From NCBI GenBank assembly GCA_963820825.1, contig CAWGBN010000005.1, forward strand, positions 32,001 through 96,000: a stretch of DNA of 64,000 nt, read 5' to 3'. Both the position numbers and the translations under genes were made by a program. The notes below the pieces were generated by a model, which was not told the origin of the DNA, ran no database searches, and was given only the letters and a program-made list of their open reading frames with translations. Each line of letters begins with the position of its first letter. Position 1 is the stretch's first letter. Positions 51,012 through 62,750 of the stretch are shown here, one piece after another. The DNA is from Vulcanimicrobiota bacterium (GTDB lineage: Bacteria; Vulcanimicrobiota; Vulcanimicrobiia; Vulcanimicrobiales; Vulcanimicrobiaceae).

Positions 51012-51433
51012 GCCGGCTGCTCCTCCGCGGCGCGCGCGAGGTCGTCGAGAACGGGGACGAAGTGCTTGGCCATCTCGTTGCCCATCATTGCGGCGAAGAG
51101 CGATCCGAGCGCTCCCGCAAAGGCGACGCGCTGAGCGATGCTGCTTCCCGCGCCCTCCGGTAGGATCTCGCAAGTGAACGTAAACCGCGTCAGCGGCGGC
51201 CCCGCCATCGACATGCTGAAGCCTCGGCCCACGACGACGTCGTGAAACGTTACGGCGTGCGCCGTCCCGCGATCGGTCGTCATCCGTCCGGTACTGCCGT
51301 TCTCGACCGGCCCGGAGACCTCTGCAGCGCGGATCCCGGAGTTCCACTTGCTCCAGTTATTCGGATCCGACCAGATACGCCGGACCGTAGCCGGCGATGC
51401 AGTCGTAGCGCGCGAGACACCGTACGTCCTCAT
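51008..51433 (-). CDS. SRPBCC/polyketide cyclase family protein
   Basis: ASPATV...SDPNNWSKWN; AGGAGG RBS. Confidence 0.8.
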   Translation of the reverse strand: MRTYGVSRATTASPATVRRIWSDPNNWSKWNSGIRAAEVSGPVENGSTGRMTTDRGTAHAVTFHDVVVGRGFSMSMAGPPLTRFTFTCEILPEGAGSSIAQRVAFAGALGSLFAAMMGNEMAKHFVPVLDDLARAAEEQPA

Positions 51434-51473
51434 CGATACCCTCCTAACGTCGCCGTCGGCTTTCGGCAGCATA

Positions 51474-51507
51474 CGAAAGAAGCCCACCGCAATACGCGAT
51501 GGGCTTC
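51474..51507 (-). terminator. intrinsic terminator of the rRNA operon
   Basis: GAAGCCCATCGC-loop-GCGGTGGGCTTC followed by TTT, just past 5S. Confidence 0.75.
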
Positions 51508-51517
51508 CGGAGAATAA

Positions 51518-51634
51518 TCTGGCACCGACCTACTTTCGAGGGACCCTGCGGTCCGACTATCATCGGCGCTGGCGGGCTTAACTGCCGTGTTCGGGATGGG
51601 AACGGGTGGGACCCCGCCGCCATGGACGCCAGAA
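51518..51634 (-). rRNA. rrf: 5S rRNA
   Basis: CCCATCCCGAACACGG, GATGATAGT, AAGTAGGTCGGTGCCAG conserved segments. Confidence 0.96.
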
Positions 51635-52031
51635 ACCTTGGTCCGCCGCGGATCGTCGCGATGGCGAGCCGGAGCTCTAGCCGATCGCGCCGGGAAGCTT
51701 TAAAGCTGTACAGAGAAGAACTTCCAAGTGCCGCGACGAGCGGTGCGTTAGTTTAATCAAAATTTCCGAGCGATTAGTACCGGTCAGCTCCACACCTTAC
51801 GATGCTTCTACCTCCGGCCTATCAACGTGGTAGTCTACCACGACTCTTCACCCTTACGGGATTGAGATCTCATCTTGGAGTCAGTTTCACGCTTATATGC
51901 TTTCAGCGTTTATCTGATCCGAACGTAGCTACCCGGCTATGCTCCTGGCGGAACAACCGGTTCACCAGAGGTTCGTTCGACCCGGTCCTCTCGTACTAGG
52001 GTCCAATCTCCTCAAATCTCCTACGCCCACA

Positions 52032-52072
<41 letters not shown>

Positions 52073-52080
52073 ATCGCGTA

Positions 52081-52116
<36 letters not shown>

Positions 52117-52141
52117 AACTACAGCCCCAGGATGCGACGAT

Positions 52142-52176
<35 letters not shown>

Positions 52177-52177
52177 G

Positions 52178-52988
52178 CGTTCTGCAATCACTTGCAGCGC
52201 AGACTATACCTTCATCTCTTTCGAGATGGTGGCGTGTTATGGACGCGATAGATTTGCGCGCTAGCGTGCAGCACGTCCATCTCTCGTGGTAACGAGAAGT
52301 CGTTACAGGGAGAGCTTGTATAGCATACTCGGTAAGAGTGTGGCGTCGAACGAGTTGGGTCAGACGATCCATGCTCGCTGCGCTGCAGCGGAGCCGTGGA
52401 TGAGACTTGTCTCGATTGACGGTCATCACGATGCCGAACTTAGCTCGTATGAGACGAACGAGTTCTCTCAGCCTCTTCGGCTGAGAAGCTCTGCGTATTT
52501 ATCCGCAACTGCTTGCCTTCAGCTGCGCCGTCATCCATGATCCACACCGCCAGACCGAAGTCCGTCAAGCTACGTTCCAGTAGTTTGATCGGAACGACCT
52601 TTACGTCTGTCGGCATAGAACTGCTCGCGTAGCACCGCGAACTTAGGATGCGTTACGGTCCGAAAATAGTATCCATTTCCGGACATCCGCGGCGCCGTTC
52701 GCACGTAAGGTGCGAGCTCGGCGTACTTCCAATCCACGAGGTCTTGCTGCCGGGTACCGTGGTGGACCCGAAAACAATATCCCGACGTGGTTTTCAGTAA
52801 CGTCGCGTCACCGAGCAATGAGCCGATCATCAATTCCCACTCACGGGAACTGAACGGTGTTGCTCGTGCACGACGGCCAAATAACGTCTCTACGACAAAC
52901 TCTCTTCCCTCGGTATTGCCCTCCGCAAGGGTTTCACCGATATGAGCCACTGTTCATCATCCGATCGCTCGAATGAGGAGCCCAAATG
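52178..52988 (-). mobile_element. group I intron in 23S rRNA after U2473 (E. coli numbering)
   Basis: Exons rejoin as CCCAAGAGU|CCACAUCGAC; 5' exon ends in U and intron ends in G; P1 with U.G, P3, P4-P6, P7 (GACU/AGUC), P7.1/P7.2, P8 and P9 are recognisable. Confidence 0.93.
52303..52950 (-). CDS. intron-encoded two-motif LAGLIDADG homing endonuclease (three +1 frameshifts)
   Basis: IGSLLGDATL, then after shifts LAVWIMDDG, INTQSFS, KFGI, C-terminal PSMLYKLSL with TAA at 52305-52303. Start uncertain. Confidence 0.85.
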
Positions 52989-53024
<36 letters not shown>

Positions 53025-53038
53025 GCTTTTATCCGATA

Positions 53039-53074
<36 letters not shown>

Positions 53075-53164
53075 TAGCCCTGCTTTCGCACCTGCTCGAC
53101 CTGTCCGTCTCGCAGTCAAGCTCCCTTATGCCTATGCACTCTGTACGAACGGTTTCTGACCGTC

Positions 53165-53232
<68 letters not shown>

Positions 53233-53490
53233 ACCATGTCCTACCACCGGATTATGGCGGCTAGTTAGAATCCCAAGATTATCAGGGTGGTATCCCAACG
53301 TTGCCTCCCCGACGACTAGCGCCGCCGGATCATCGGCTCCCACCTATCCTGTACAGACAATCTCAGAACCCAAGATCAGGATACAGTAAAGCTTCACGGG
53401 GTCTTTCCGTCCTGCTGCGGGTAACCAGCATCTTCACTGGTACTGCAATTTCGCCGAGTTCCCCATTGAGACAGTGTCCAAGTCGTTACT

Positions 53491-53542
<52 letters not shown>

Positions 53543-54047
53543 GGTTATAGTTACCGCCGCCGTTTACTGGGGCTTCAGTTCAAAGCTTCGCTTGCGCTAA
53601 CCACTCCCTTTAACCTTCCAGCACCGGGCAGGAGTCAGCCCCTATACGTCCGCTTTCGCGTTCGCAGAGACCTGTGTTTTTGTTAAACAGTCGCTTGGAC
53701 CTATTTTGTGCCGCCTCCCTCAGCTTTCGTGCGTAAAGACTAGACCAAAGGAGGCACCCCTTCTCCCTAAGTTACGGGGTCAATTTGCCGAGTTCCTTAA
53801 CAGGGATTCTCTCGTCGCCTTAGCATGCTCTGCCAGTCTACCTGTGTCGGTGTACGGTACGGGCACCTACGATCCTACCTAGGGGCTTTTCTTGGCAGCG
53901 TGGAGTCAGTCACTTCGGCTCCGAAGAGCCTCGCATTCGCTTCTCGGCGTTACGTGTTGCGGATTTACCTACAACACCGCCTACCAGCTTAGACGCGCAC
54001 ATCCATCGGCGCGCTGACCTATCCTCCTGCGTCACCCCATCGGCTCA

Positions 54048-54223
54048 TAGACTTTGATAGACGATATCAGACGTCGCGGGTCTTTTCGTCGATCGCGTTC
54101 GTCGCGCTCAGTTACGATCCGTAGATCGCTCCTTCGGCGCTCCTAGCGCTCGAGCAAAAATCCCTCGCGAGGAGCGTCTTGCGAGGGCGATTCACGACAT
54201 CTGACACTGTCTGGCAAAGTCTA
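54048..54223 (-). other. 176-nt intervening sequence (IVS) in 23S rRNA, approx. E. coli 1410 region
   Basis: Extra sequence bounded by a ~29-bp imperfect inverted repeat TAGACTTTG...CAAAGTCTA. Confidence 0.85.
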
Positions 54224-55154
54224 AACGGTCGTCGGTGGTAGCAGAATATGAACTGCTTGTGCATCGCCTACGCTTCTCAGCCTCGGCTTAGCTCCCGACT
54301 CACCCTGAGACGATTGACGTTGCTCAGGAAACCTTAGACTTCCGGCGTGCGGGGTTCTCACCCGCATTTATCGCTACTTATACCTGCATTCGCACTTGTG
54401 GTTCGTCCACACGTCCTTACGGTCGTGCTTCAGCCTACGCCACAACGCTCCCCTACCGATTATTTTAGTAATCCCAAAGCTTCGGTTCGATGCTTGAGCC
54501 CCGTTACATTTTCGGCGCCCCATCACTCGACTAGTGAGCTATTACGCACTCTTTCAAGGGTGGCTGCTTCTAAGCCAACCTCCTAGTTGTCTGAGCGACA
54601 AGACTTCCTTTACCACTGAGCATCGATTAGGGACCTTAGCTGTTGATCTGGGCTGTTTCCCTTTTGACCATGGAGCTTATCCCCCACAGTCTGACTGCTA
54701 TGCGGTTCGCCGCGGTATTCGGAGTTTGATTGGGTTCGGTAGTCCGGTAAGACCCCTAGCCCTGTCAGTGCTCTACCCCCGCGGGTTAACACATAACGCT
54801 AGTCCTAAAACTATTTCGGGGAGAACCAGCTATCTCCGAGTTCGATTGGCTTTTCACCCCTATCCACAGCTCATCCAATGTTTTTTCAACAACAACAGGT
54901 TCGGGCCTCCACGTGAGTTTAATCACGCTTCACCCTGGCTCATGGATAGATCACTCGGTTTCGGGTCTACTGCAACGGACAAACGCCCTATTCAGACTCG
55001 CTTTCGCTACGGCTCCGGCTCAACACCTTAACCAAGCCCGTTACAAGTAACTCGCAGGTTCATTCTTCAATAGGCACGCGATCAGCCTTGCTTGCGCATG
55101 GGCCTTTCACGGTTTGTAGGCATGCGGTTTCATGTTCTATTTCACTCCCCTCCC

Positions 55155-55188
<34 letters not shown>

Positions 55189-56151
55189 ACGCTATCGGTT
55201 TCCACAGAATATTTAGCCTTGGAAGATGGTCCTCCCAGTTTCAGACAGGGTTTCCCGTGCCCCGCCCTACTCACGAACAGCTCCGCGAGATCGATTGCTT
55301 TTGTCTACAGGACTTTCACCTTCTATGGTGCGGCTTTCCAGCCGGCTTCTACTAGCGATCGATTTTCTTACTCGCGCTCGGAGATTCAGCTCCGAGACGG
55401 CTGTCGTACAACCCCGCTCATGCAACGCCCGAATGCTTGCACACGAACGGTTTAGGCTGTTCCCAGTTCGCTCGCCACTACTACGGGAATCTCGGTTGAT
55501 GTCTTTTCCTCCGGCTACTTAGATGTTTCAGTTCACCGGGTACGCTCACTCGCGACTATTGAATTCATCGCGGTGTCCATGCCCATGACGGCATGGGGGT
55601 TGCCCCATTCGGATATCGCCGGATCATCGCTTCTTAGCAGCTCCCCGACGCTTTTCGCAGCTTGGCACGTCCTTCATCGCCTGTGGAACCAAGGTATCCA
55701 CCTGCATGCCCTTATTTCATTTTGACTTATACGCAAAATTGCACCATCAATCCATCTGACGAGCAGATGGCCGCTTTCATGTGTCGTGACACATGAAAGT
55801 TCTTCTCTATACAGTTTTCAAGGATCTCTCGCGGCGGCTCGCTCGCTCGCGATCCATCCGCGATACTCAGAGACGACTTCCGCCCGAGTCGAACGCCGGA
55901 GCGTCGAACTGCGAGGCGAGGTTCGTTCCCTCAAAGCTGAACAGTGCAGTACCTGTCGGCAGACCCCATTGCGGGACCTCCGTGCCGATACGATCGAGAT
56001 GATCGATAGACCTCCGTCGACGCTCGAGTGAGCGATAGTCCTTGGCCGCGACTCCGATACGAGATCGACGAGCGTTACTGTGGCTCGTCTGTGGTCGACT
56101 TAGTGTATACGCCGGCGCAATCGCGTAGACCACGATCCAACGACATGTACT

Positions 56152-57661
<1,510 letters not shown>

Positions 57662-57947
57662 AAACTTTATGGAGCCTTGATAGATGGCTCTCAAAATTCG
57701 CATTTGCTACTGAATGATCGATTGCGAACTCGATCTCGCGCCTCGAAGGCGCTAGCAGAATTGTACGTTCTCGCGATTCTCAAAAGACATTGCCAGATTT
57801 GACCTTGTCTTAGAGGTCGGAGACCCACAGACTTATGCGCTGCTGCACTGTTCAGTTTTCAAGGAGCGAACCCAAAGCCGCCGAGGCGTCTTCGACGCGG
57901 ATCTTACCGACCGCGTTTGGCGCCCGGCGGCTAGAGTCACGACGGCT

Positions 57948-57974
57948 ATCATATCGCCGCCCTAGGCGTGTCAA
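57948..57974 (-). promoter_or_regulatory. putative rRNA operon promoter
   Basis: TTGACA-15 nt-TATGAT upstream of the leader; spacer is short. boxA-like TCCTTGAAAACTG occurs in both leader and ITS. Confidence 0.55.
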
Positions 57975-58134
57975 GGAAAGCCCGGACGTCAGAGCGGCCG
58001 CTCGAGGCGGCCGATGTCCCGGCCCTATCAAATAGTAGAACGACGCGACCGGCCAATTGGTTTCACCCAGCAGCCGATTTCCGGCCGGTCCGCTCGCAAA
58101 CGCCCGGTCGCTCGGCGGCCCAGAGAGGTTTTCG

Positions 58135-58518
58135 ATGCTTTTTGACCACGTCGACCTGCGGGTCAGCGACCTCGTCAAGACCCGAGGTCTTTACGACGCG
58201 CTGCTCCCAGCCATGGGCTTCTCCCGGCTCGGAGAGGACGCCGAGTCGATTTGCTACTATCGCCCCGGCGACGACCGGGCTGCGCCCTTCTTCGCCATCG
58301 ATGCGGATCCGGGACATCGGCCCAACGGCTCCCGGATCGCGCTGCGGGCCGCGGACCGGGCCGAGGTCGATCGCCTCGCCGAGATCGCGCACGCAGCCGG
58401 GGCGACTGCCTTCGAAGCGCCCCACGTGTGCGAGGAGTACACGCCGTTCTACTACGCGGTCTTCTTCGAGGACGCCGACGGCAACAAACTCGAGATCTGC
58501 TATCGTGAGATGCCGTAG
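58135..58518 (+). CDS. VOC family protein
   Basis: MLFDHVDLRVSD, YYAVFFEDADGNKLEI. Confidence 0.88.
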   Translation: MLFDHVDLRVSDLVKTRGLYDALLPAMGFSRLGEDAESICYYRPGDDRAAPFFAIDADPGHRPNGSRIALRAADRAEVDRLAEIAHAAGATAFEAPHVCEEYTPFYYAVFFEDADGNKLEICYREMP

Positions 58519-58540
58519 CGGGCTCCGAAGGACCCGTTAC
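58515..58540. terminator. hairpin between convergent genes
   Basis: GTAGCGGG-ctccgaagga-CCCGTTAC between the two stop codons. Confidence 0.5.
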
Positions 58541-58542
58541 GG

Positions 58543-60136
58543 CTACACCTTGCGCGAGATCGTCTTGGCCTGCATGAAGAGCAGCAGGTAGTCGCGGCCG
58601 CCGGCCTTGCTGTCGGTGCCCGACATGTTGAAGCCGCCGAACGGGATGGGCGCCGACCATCGCGCCGGTGCTCTTTCGGTTGAAGTAGAGGTTGCCGACG
58701 AAGAACTCGTCGCGCGCCCGCGCGATCTTCTTCTCGTCGCTGGTGTAGAGCGAGCCGGTCAGACCCGAACTCGGTGTTGTTCGCGATGGCGCAGCGCGTC
58801 GTCGAAGTCCTTCGCCTTGATCACCGCCAGCACCGGACCGAAGATCTCCTCCTGCGCGATCGTCGCGTCGGGCGCGACGTCGGCGATGACCGTCGGCTCC
58901 AGGAAGTAGCCGCGTCTCGCCGACGCGCTTGCCGCCGGCGATCAAACGTCCCTCGCTCTGACCGCGTTCTCGATGTAGCGCATGATCGACTTGCAGCGCG
59001 CCTTCGTTGACGACCGGACCCATGAAGTTCCTCGGATCGCGCGGATCGCCGACCGTGATCGTGTCGACGCGCCGGCGCAGCTTCTCCACGAACTCGTCGT
59101 AGACGCTGCTCGTCGACGATCGCACGCGAACACGCCGAGCACTTCTGCCCTTGGAAGCCGAAGGCCGAGACGGCGACGCCTTCGACGGCCGCGTCGACGT
59201 CGGCGTCGGCCGCGACGATGATCGAGTCCTTACCGCCCATCTCGGCGACGACGCGCTTGATCCACTTCTGCCCCGGTCTGCGGCTTCGCGGCCAGCTCGT
59301 TGATGCGCAAGCCGACCTCTTTCGAACCGGTGAACGAAATGAAGCGGATCTAGCGGATGCGAAACGATCAGATCGCCGATCTCGCTGCCCGATCCCGGGA
59401 ATGAAGTTCACGACGCCCGGCGGAACGCCGACCTCGGCGAGCAAATCGACGAACCACGCCGCAATGATCGCCGCATCGCTCGACGGCTTGAGCACGACGG
59501 TGTTGCCGGTAGACGATCGCCGCCGCCGTCATGCCGGCCATGATCGCGCCGGCGAAGTTCCACGGCGGAATTACGGCGCCGACGCCGAGCGGAATGTAGA
59601 TCATTTCGTTGCGCTCGCCCTCGAGCGGCACGACGGGCTGCGGCCGCGCGTAGCGCAGCGCTTCGCGCGCGTAGAACTCGAGGAAGTCGATCGCCTCGGC
59701 GATGTCGCCGTCGGCTTCGGGCCAGCTCTTGCCGACTTCGTAGACCAAGCAGCGCGTCGTACTCGAAGCGCCGTTCGCGCAGCAGCGCCGCCGCCTTAAA
59801 AAGGTAGGCGGCGCGCTCCGCGGAGGCGTGCGCTTCGCCAGGACTCGAAGGCGCGGGCCGCCGCCTCGATCGCCTCGGCGGCTTGCTCCTTCGAGGCGGC
59901 GCTCGTGAGCCCGACGACCTCGGTCGGATCGGCCGGGTTGAGCGACCGGATCTTCCTCTCCGTTTCGATCTTGCTTGCCGTCGATCACGAGCGGATAGTG
60001 CTTGCCGAGCGCGGCGCGCTTACCGCGCAAGCGCCGCCCTCATGGCGGCGGCATCGGCCGGATCGCGAAAATCCTTGACCTTCTCGTTGGAGAAGGGCGG
60101 CACGTCGAGGGTCGGCTTCGTCGCTGGGGTCGTCAT
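58543..60136 (-). CDS. pruA: L-glutamate gamma-semialdehyde (P5C) dehydrogenase, many frameshifts
   Basis: Fragments [57 protein letters not shown] lie in changing frames. Confidence 0.88.
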
Positions 60137-60177
60137 GTCGCTATACTACCAGCCTGTCCAAGCCGCGCCTCCCTCCG

Positions 60178-60220
60178 TCCTTCGACTTCGCTCCCTACGG
60201 TCGCTACGCTCAGGATGACA
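60178..60220. repeat. REP-like repeat with internal hairpin
   Basis: Reverse complement TGTCATCCTGAGC-[GTAGCGACCGTAGGGAGCGAA]-GTCGAAGGA; ends match 17929-17952. Confidence 0.7.
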
Positions 60221-60269
60221 CGCTGCCGCGAGAGCGGGGGCTGCTTGCTATGCCGAGAAATGCCCACGC

Positions 60270-60611
60270 ATGACGCAGCTCCTCGCAGTTGCTATTGCGG
60301 CATTCTTTCTTGGGGTCGGCATGGCCGGCGAACCGTTCGCGCCGCTGCACGCATTGCTGGCTATCGCAATCCTGCTGCTCATCGCAACGGCCCTCGGCCG
60401 CCGGCACACGCCATTGATCGTCTTCCTCTTTGGCTTGGCCGGCGTTCTATTGACCTGCTATCTCCAACACGGCGAGATCTATCCCGGCACGGGCATCGTC
60501 GGGATCGGTCTCGGCGGCCTTGCCGCCTCGTCGTTGGGACGCCGCACCGCGCCGGCCGTCGTCGCGGTGTTGGGGACGCTCGTCGGAACGAGTCTCTACT
60601 TTCTCTTATAG
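60270..60611 (+). CDS. small integral membrane protein
   Basis: About five short hydrophobic segments, repeated LGRR. Confidence 0.7.
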   Translation: MTQLLAVAIAAFFLGVGMAGEPFAPLHALLAIAILLLIATALGRRHTPLIVFLFGLAGVLLTCYLQHGEIYPGTGIVGIGLGGLAASSLGRRTAPAVVAVLGTLVGTSLYFLL

Positions 60612-61418
60612 TTGAGCGGTGACCGGATTGCGCGCACCTCGCCGGAGCGCCGCGATCAGCGAGCGCGGGTCATCGCTCTGCATCAGCGCCTCTCCCACGA
60701 GAAAGCCGCGAGCGCCGGAGGCGCGAAGGCGCGCGACGTCCGAAGCGTCACGCATTCCGCTCTCGCTGATCGCAAAGACCCCTGATGGGACTTTCGGAAG
60801 CAGATGTTCGCTCACGGCGAGATCGGTCTGCAGGGTCCGAAGATTCCGGTTGTTGATTCCGACGAGCCGCGCACCGGCAGCGACCGCGCGCCGCAGTTCT
60901 TCCTCATCGTGTGCCTCGGCGAGCACGTCGAGCGCGTACGCGGCAGCCTCGTCGATCGTCTCGCGCAACGCACCGTCGTCCATCCCTCCGACGATCAGCA
61001 GCACGCAGTCGGCACCGTACGCGGCGGATTGCGCGATCTGATAGCGCGTCCACATGAAATCCTTGCGCAGCAGCGGGCGCGACGTGACCGCGCGTACCTC
61101 ATGGAGATAGGCTAGCTCGCCGAGAAAATGGTCTCGCTCCGTGATCACGCTAATCGCGTCGGCACCCGCGGCGTCGTACGCGCGCGCGATCGCTACGGGA
61201 TCGAAGCTGCGCGCGATCAATCCGCTCGACGGCGAGGCGCGCTTGATCTCCGCGACGATCGCGCCCCCCGGCGCCCGTTGAAGAGCCGCGAGAAAGCCGC
61301 GGCGCTCTGCCACCCGCTCGAGCGCGCGAGCCTGCAGCGCGGCGTAGGGTTCGCGCGCCTGCTCCTGCTCCAGAGCCGCGGCCTTTGCAGCAAAGATCTT
61401 CTGCAGGGTATCGATCAC
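60606..61418 (-). CDS. trpC: indole-3-glycerol phosphate synthase
   Basis: AEIKRASPS, LLRKDF, GINNRNL, ISESG, LVGEALM. Confidence 0.96.
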   Translation of the reverse strand: MIDTLQKIFAAKAAALEQEQAREPYAALQARALERVAERRGFLAALQRAPGGAIVAEIKRASPSSGLIARSFDPVAIARAYDAAGADAISVITERDHFLGELAYLHEVRAVTSRPLLRKDFMWTRYQIAQSAAYGADCVLLIVGGMDDGALRETIDEAAAYALDVLAEAHDEEELRRAVAAGARLVGINNRNLRTLQTDLAVSEHLLPKVPSGVFAISESGMRDASDVARLRASGARGFLVGEALMQSDDPRSLIAALRRGARNPVTAQL

Positions 61419-61437
61419 GTTACCGCAGCGATTCGTA

Positions 61438-62676
61438 CTAGGTCGGCGTCGCCGTCGGTCCGGTCGACGGAGTCGTCGACGGCGTCGGAGTCGGCACCAA
61501 AGCCGGCCCGACGGTTACCGTTGAGCCGACCGCATCGTGGGCGATGGTCACGTTCTTTCCGGCCGCCCCGGCGGAGAAGGTGATCTTGCGAGGGTACTGT
61601 CCGTGGCGATTGGCCTGCTGCTGGTTTGGATTCCAAATATCGTCGAGGGCATAGACCGTTTCGTTGCGGCGTTTGATTGCAATCTCGGTGGTACGCGCAC
61701 CGATGAAGGCGTTACCGCCGCTCGATTGCGTCGATCCGCCGCCCAAATCGATGGTGCCCCGAATCGGGACCGCAACGACGGGCGTAAGCGCATCGGAGAA
61801 GGCAACGCGCCCGCTCTCGAACGCCTCATTCTGTATGGAAACGTTGATGCTTCCGTCGGTAATAATGTCGACGACTTTCGCGCCGATCGCACTATCGGTG
61901 TCGCCGCGCGAGAGCGTTACCGACGGTCCGGTGGAGTACGGCGACGAAGTCGGCAAAGGTACGGTCAGCGCGCCGATTCCAAAATCGTTGCCATGAATCT
62001 GACACGACGTACAACTCAAGCTGCCGCCCGCGACGAGGACGCCGTCGACGTTCGGCATCGACAGCACTCTGCCGACTCCGAAGCTGGAATCCGAGGCGGT
62101 GAGCGCCGTCAGCGTATCCAACGCCGCGTAGAACGAATTCGAACCCGGCAGCGATAGGCTCGAGGTACCCACGTAGATATCGCTGACGCCGACGTTCGCC
62201 GGCGGCAAGGCTTCGAGCGTGGTATAGGCGGAGTGCGCCGGAGCGTGCACGAGCTTTTCGAAGGTCGTATCCTCGCCGACTCCGTCAATGAACGTGCCGC
62301 TCTTCGGTCCGCGGCCGTACTGTGACCCTTTGATCGTTACGCTCTTGGGAACCACGATTGGAAAGATCTCGCCGTTGGCGGCGTCGTAATCGCCGGGCGA
62401 GAGATCGATCGCAACGCCGTTTTGTGAGACCCGCTTTGCAGCGACGAGCACCGCGACGGCCTTCGTCAACGTTTTGTACGGCTTGCTCACGCTCCCGTTG
62501 CCGCTGCTGTCGCTCCCGGTAACGGCGTCGACGTAGATCGTCGAGATCGGAGCGAGCGAGGGCGTCACCGGTCCCGGCTGGCCCCACCGCGTGCACGCCG
62601 TACCCGTCACGAGACCGGCTACCGCCAGCGCCCCTACGACCGCAAAGAAGACGCGCGCGAACCAGCCACTCCGCAT
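61438..62676 (-). CDS. DUF1565-like beta-helix surface lipoprotein
   Basis: IYVDAVTGSD..GNGS..KPYKTLTKA, PGDY...GEIFPI; P/T-rich tail. Confidence 0.75.
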   Translation of the reverse strand: MRSGWFARVFFAVVGALAVAGLVTGTACTRWGQPGPVTPSLAPISTIYVDAVTGSDSSGNGSVSKPYKTLTKAVAVLVAAKRVSQNGVAIDLSPGDYDAANGEIFPIVVPKSVTIKGSQYGRGPKSGTFIDGVGEDTTFEKLVHAPAHSAYTTLEALPPANVGVSDIYVGTSSLSLPGSNSFYAALDTLTALTASDSSFGVGRVLSMPNVDGVLVAGGSLSCTSCQIHGNDFGIGALTVPLPTSSPYSTGPSVTLSRGDTDSAIGAKVVDIITDGSINVSIQNEAFESGRVAFSDALTPVVAVPIRGTIDLGGGSTQSSGGNAFIGARTTEIAIKRRNETVYALDDIWNPNQQQANRHGQYPRKITFSAGAAGKNVTIAHDAVGSTVTVGPALVPTPTPSTTPSTGPTATPT

Positions 62677-62750
62677 TGCGCGTCCCCTTTGCCGCGGCGT
62701 ACCTCGGAACCTCGGGGAGTCGCTCTTCGCATTCCTGAAGAGATGAAGTA

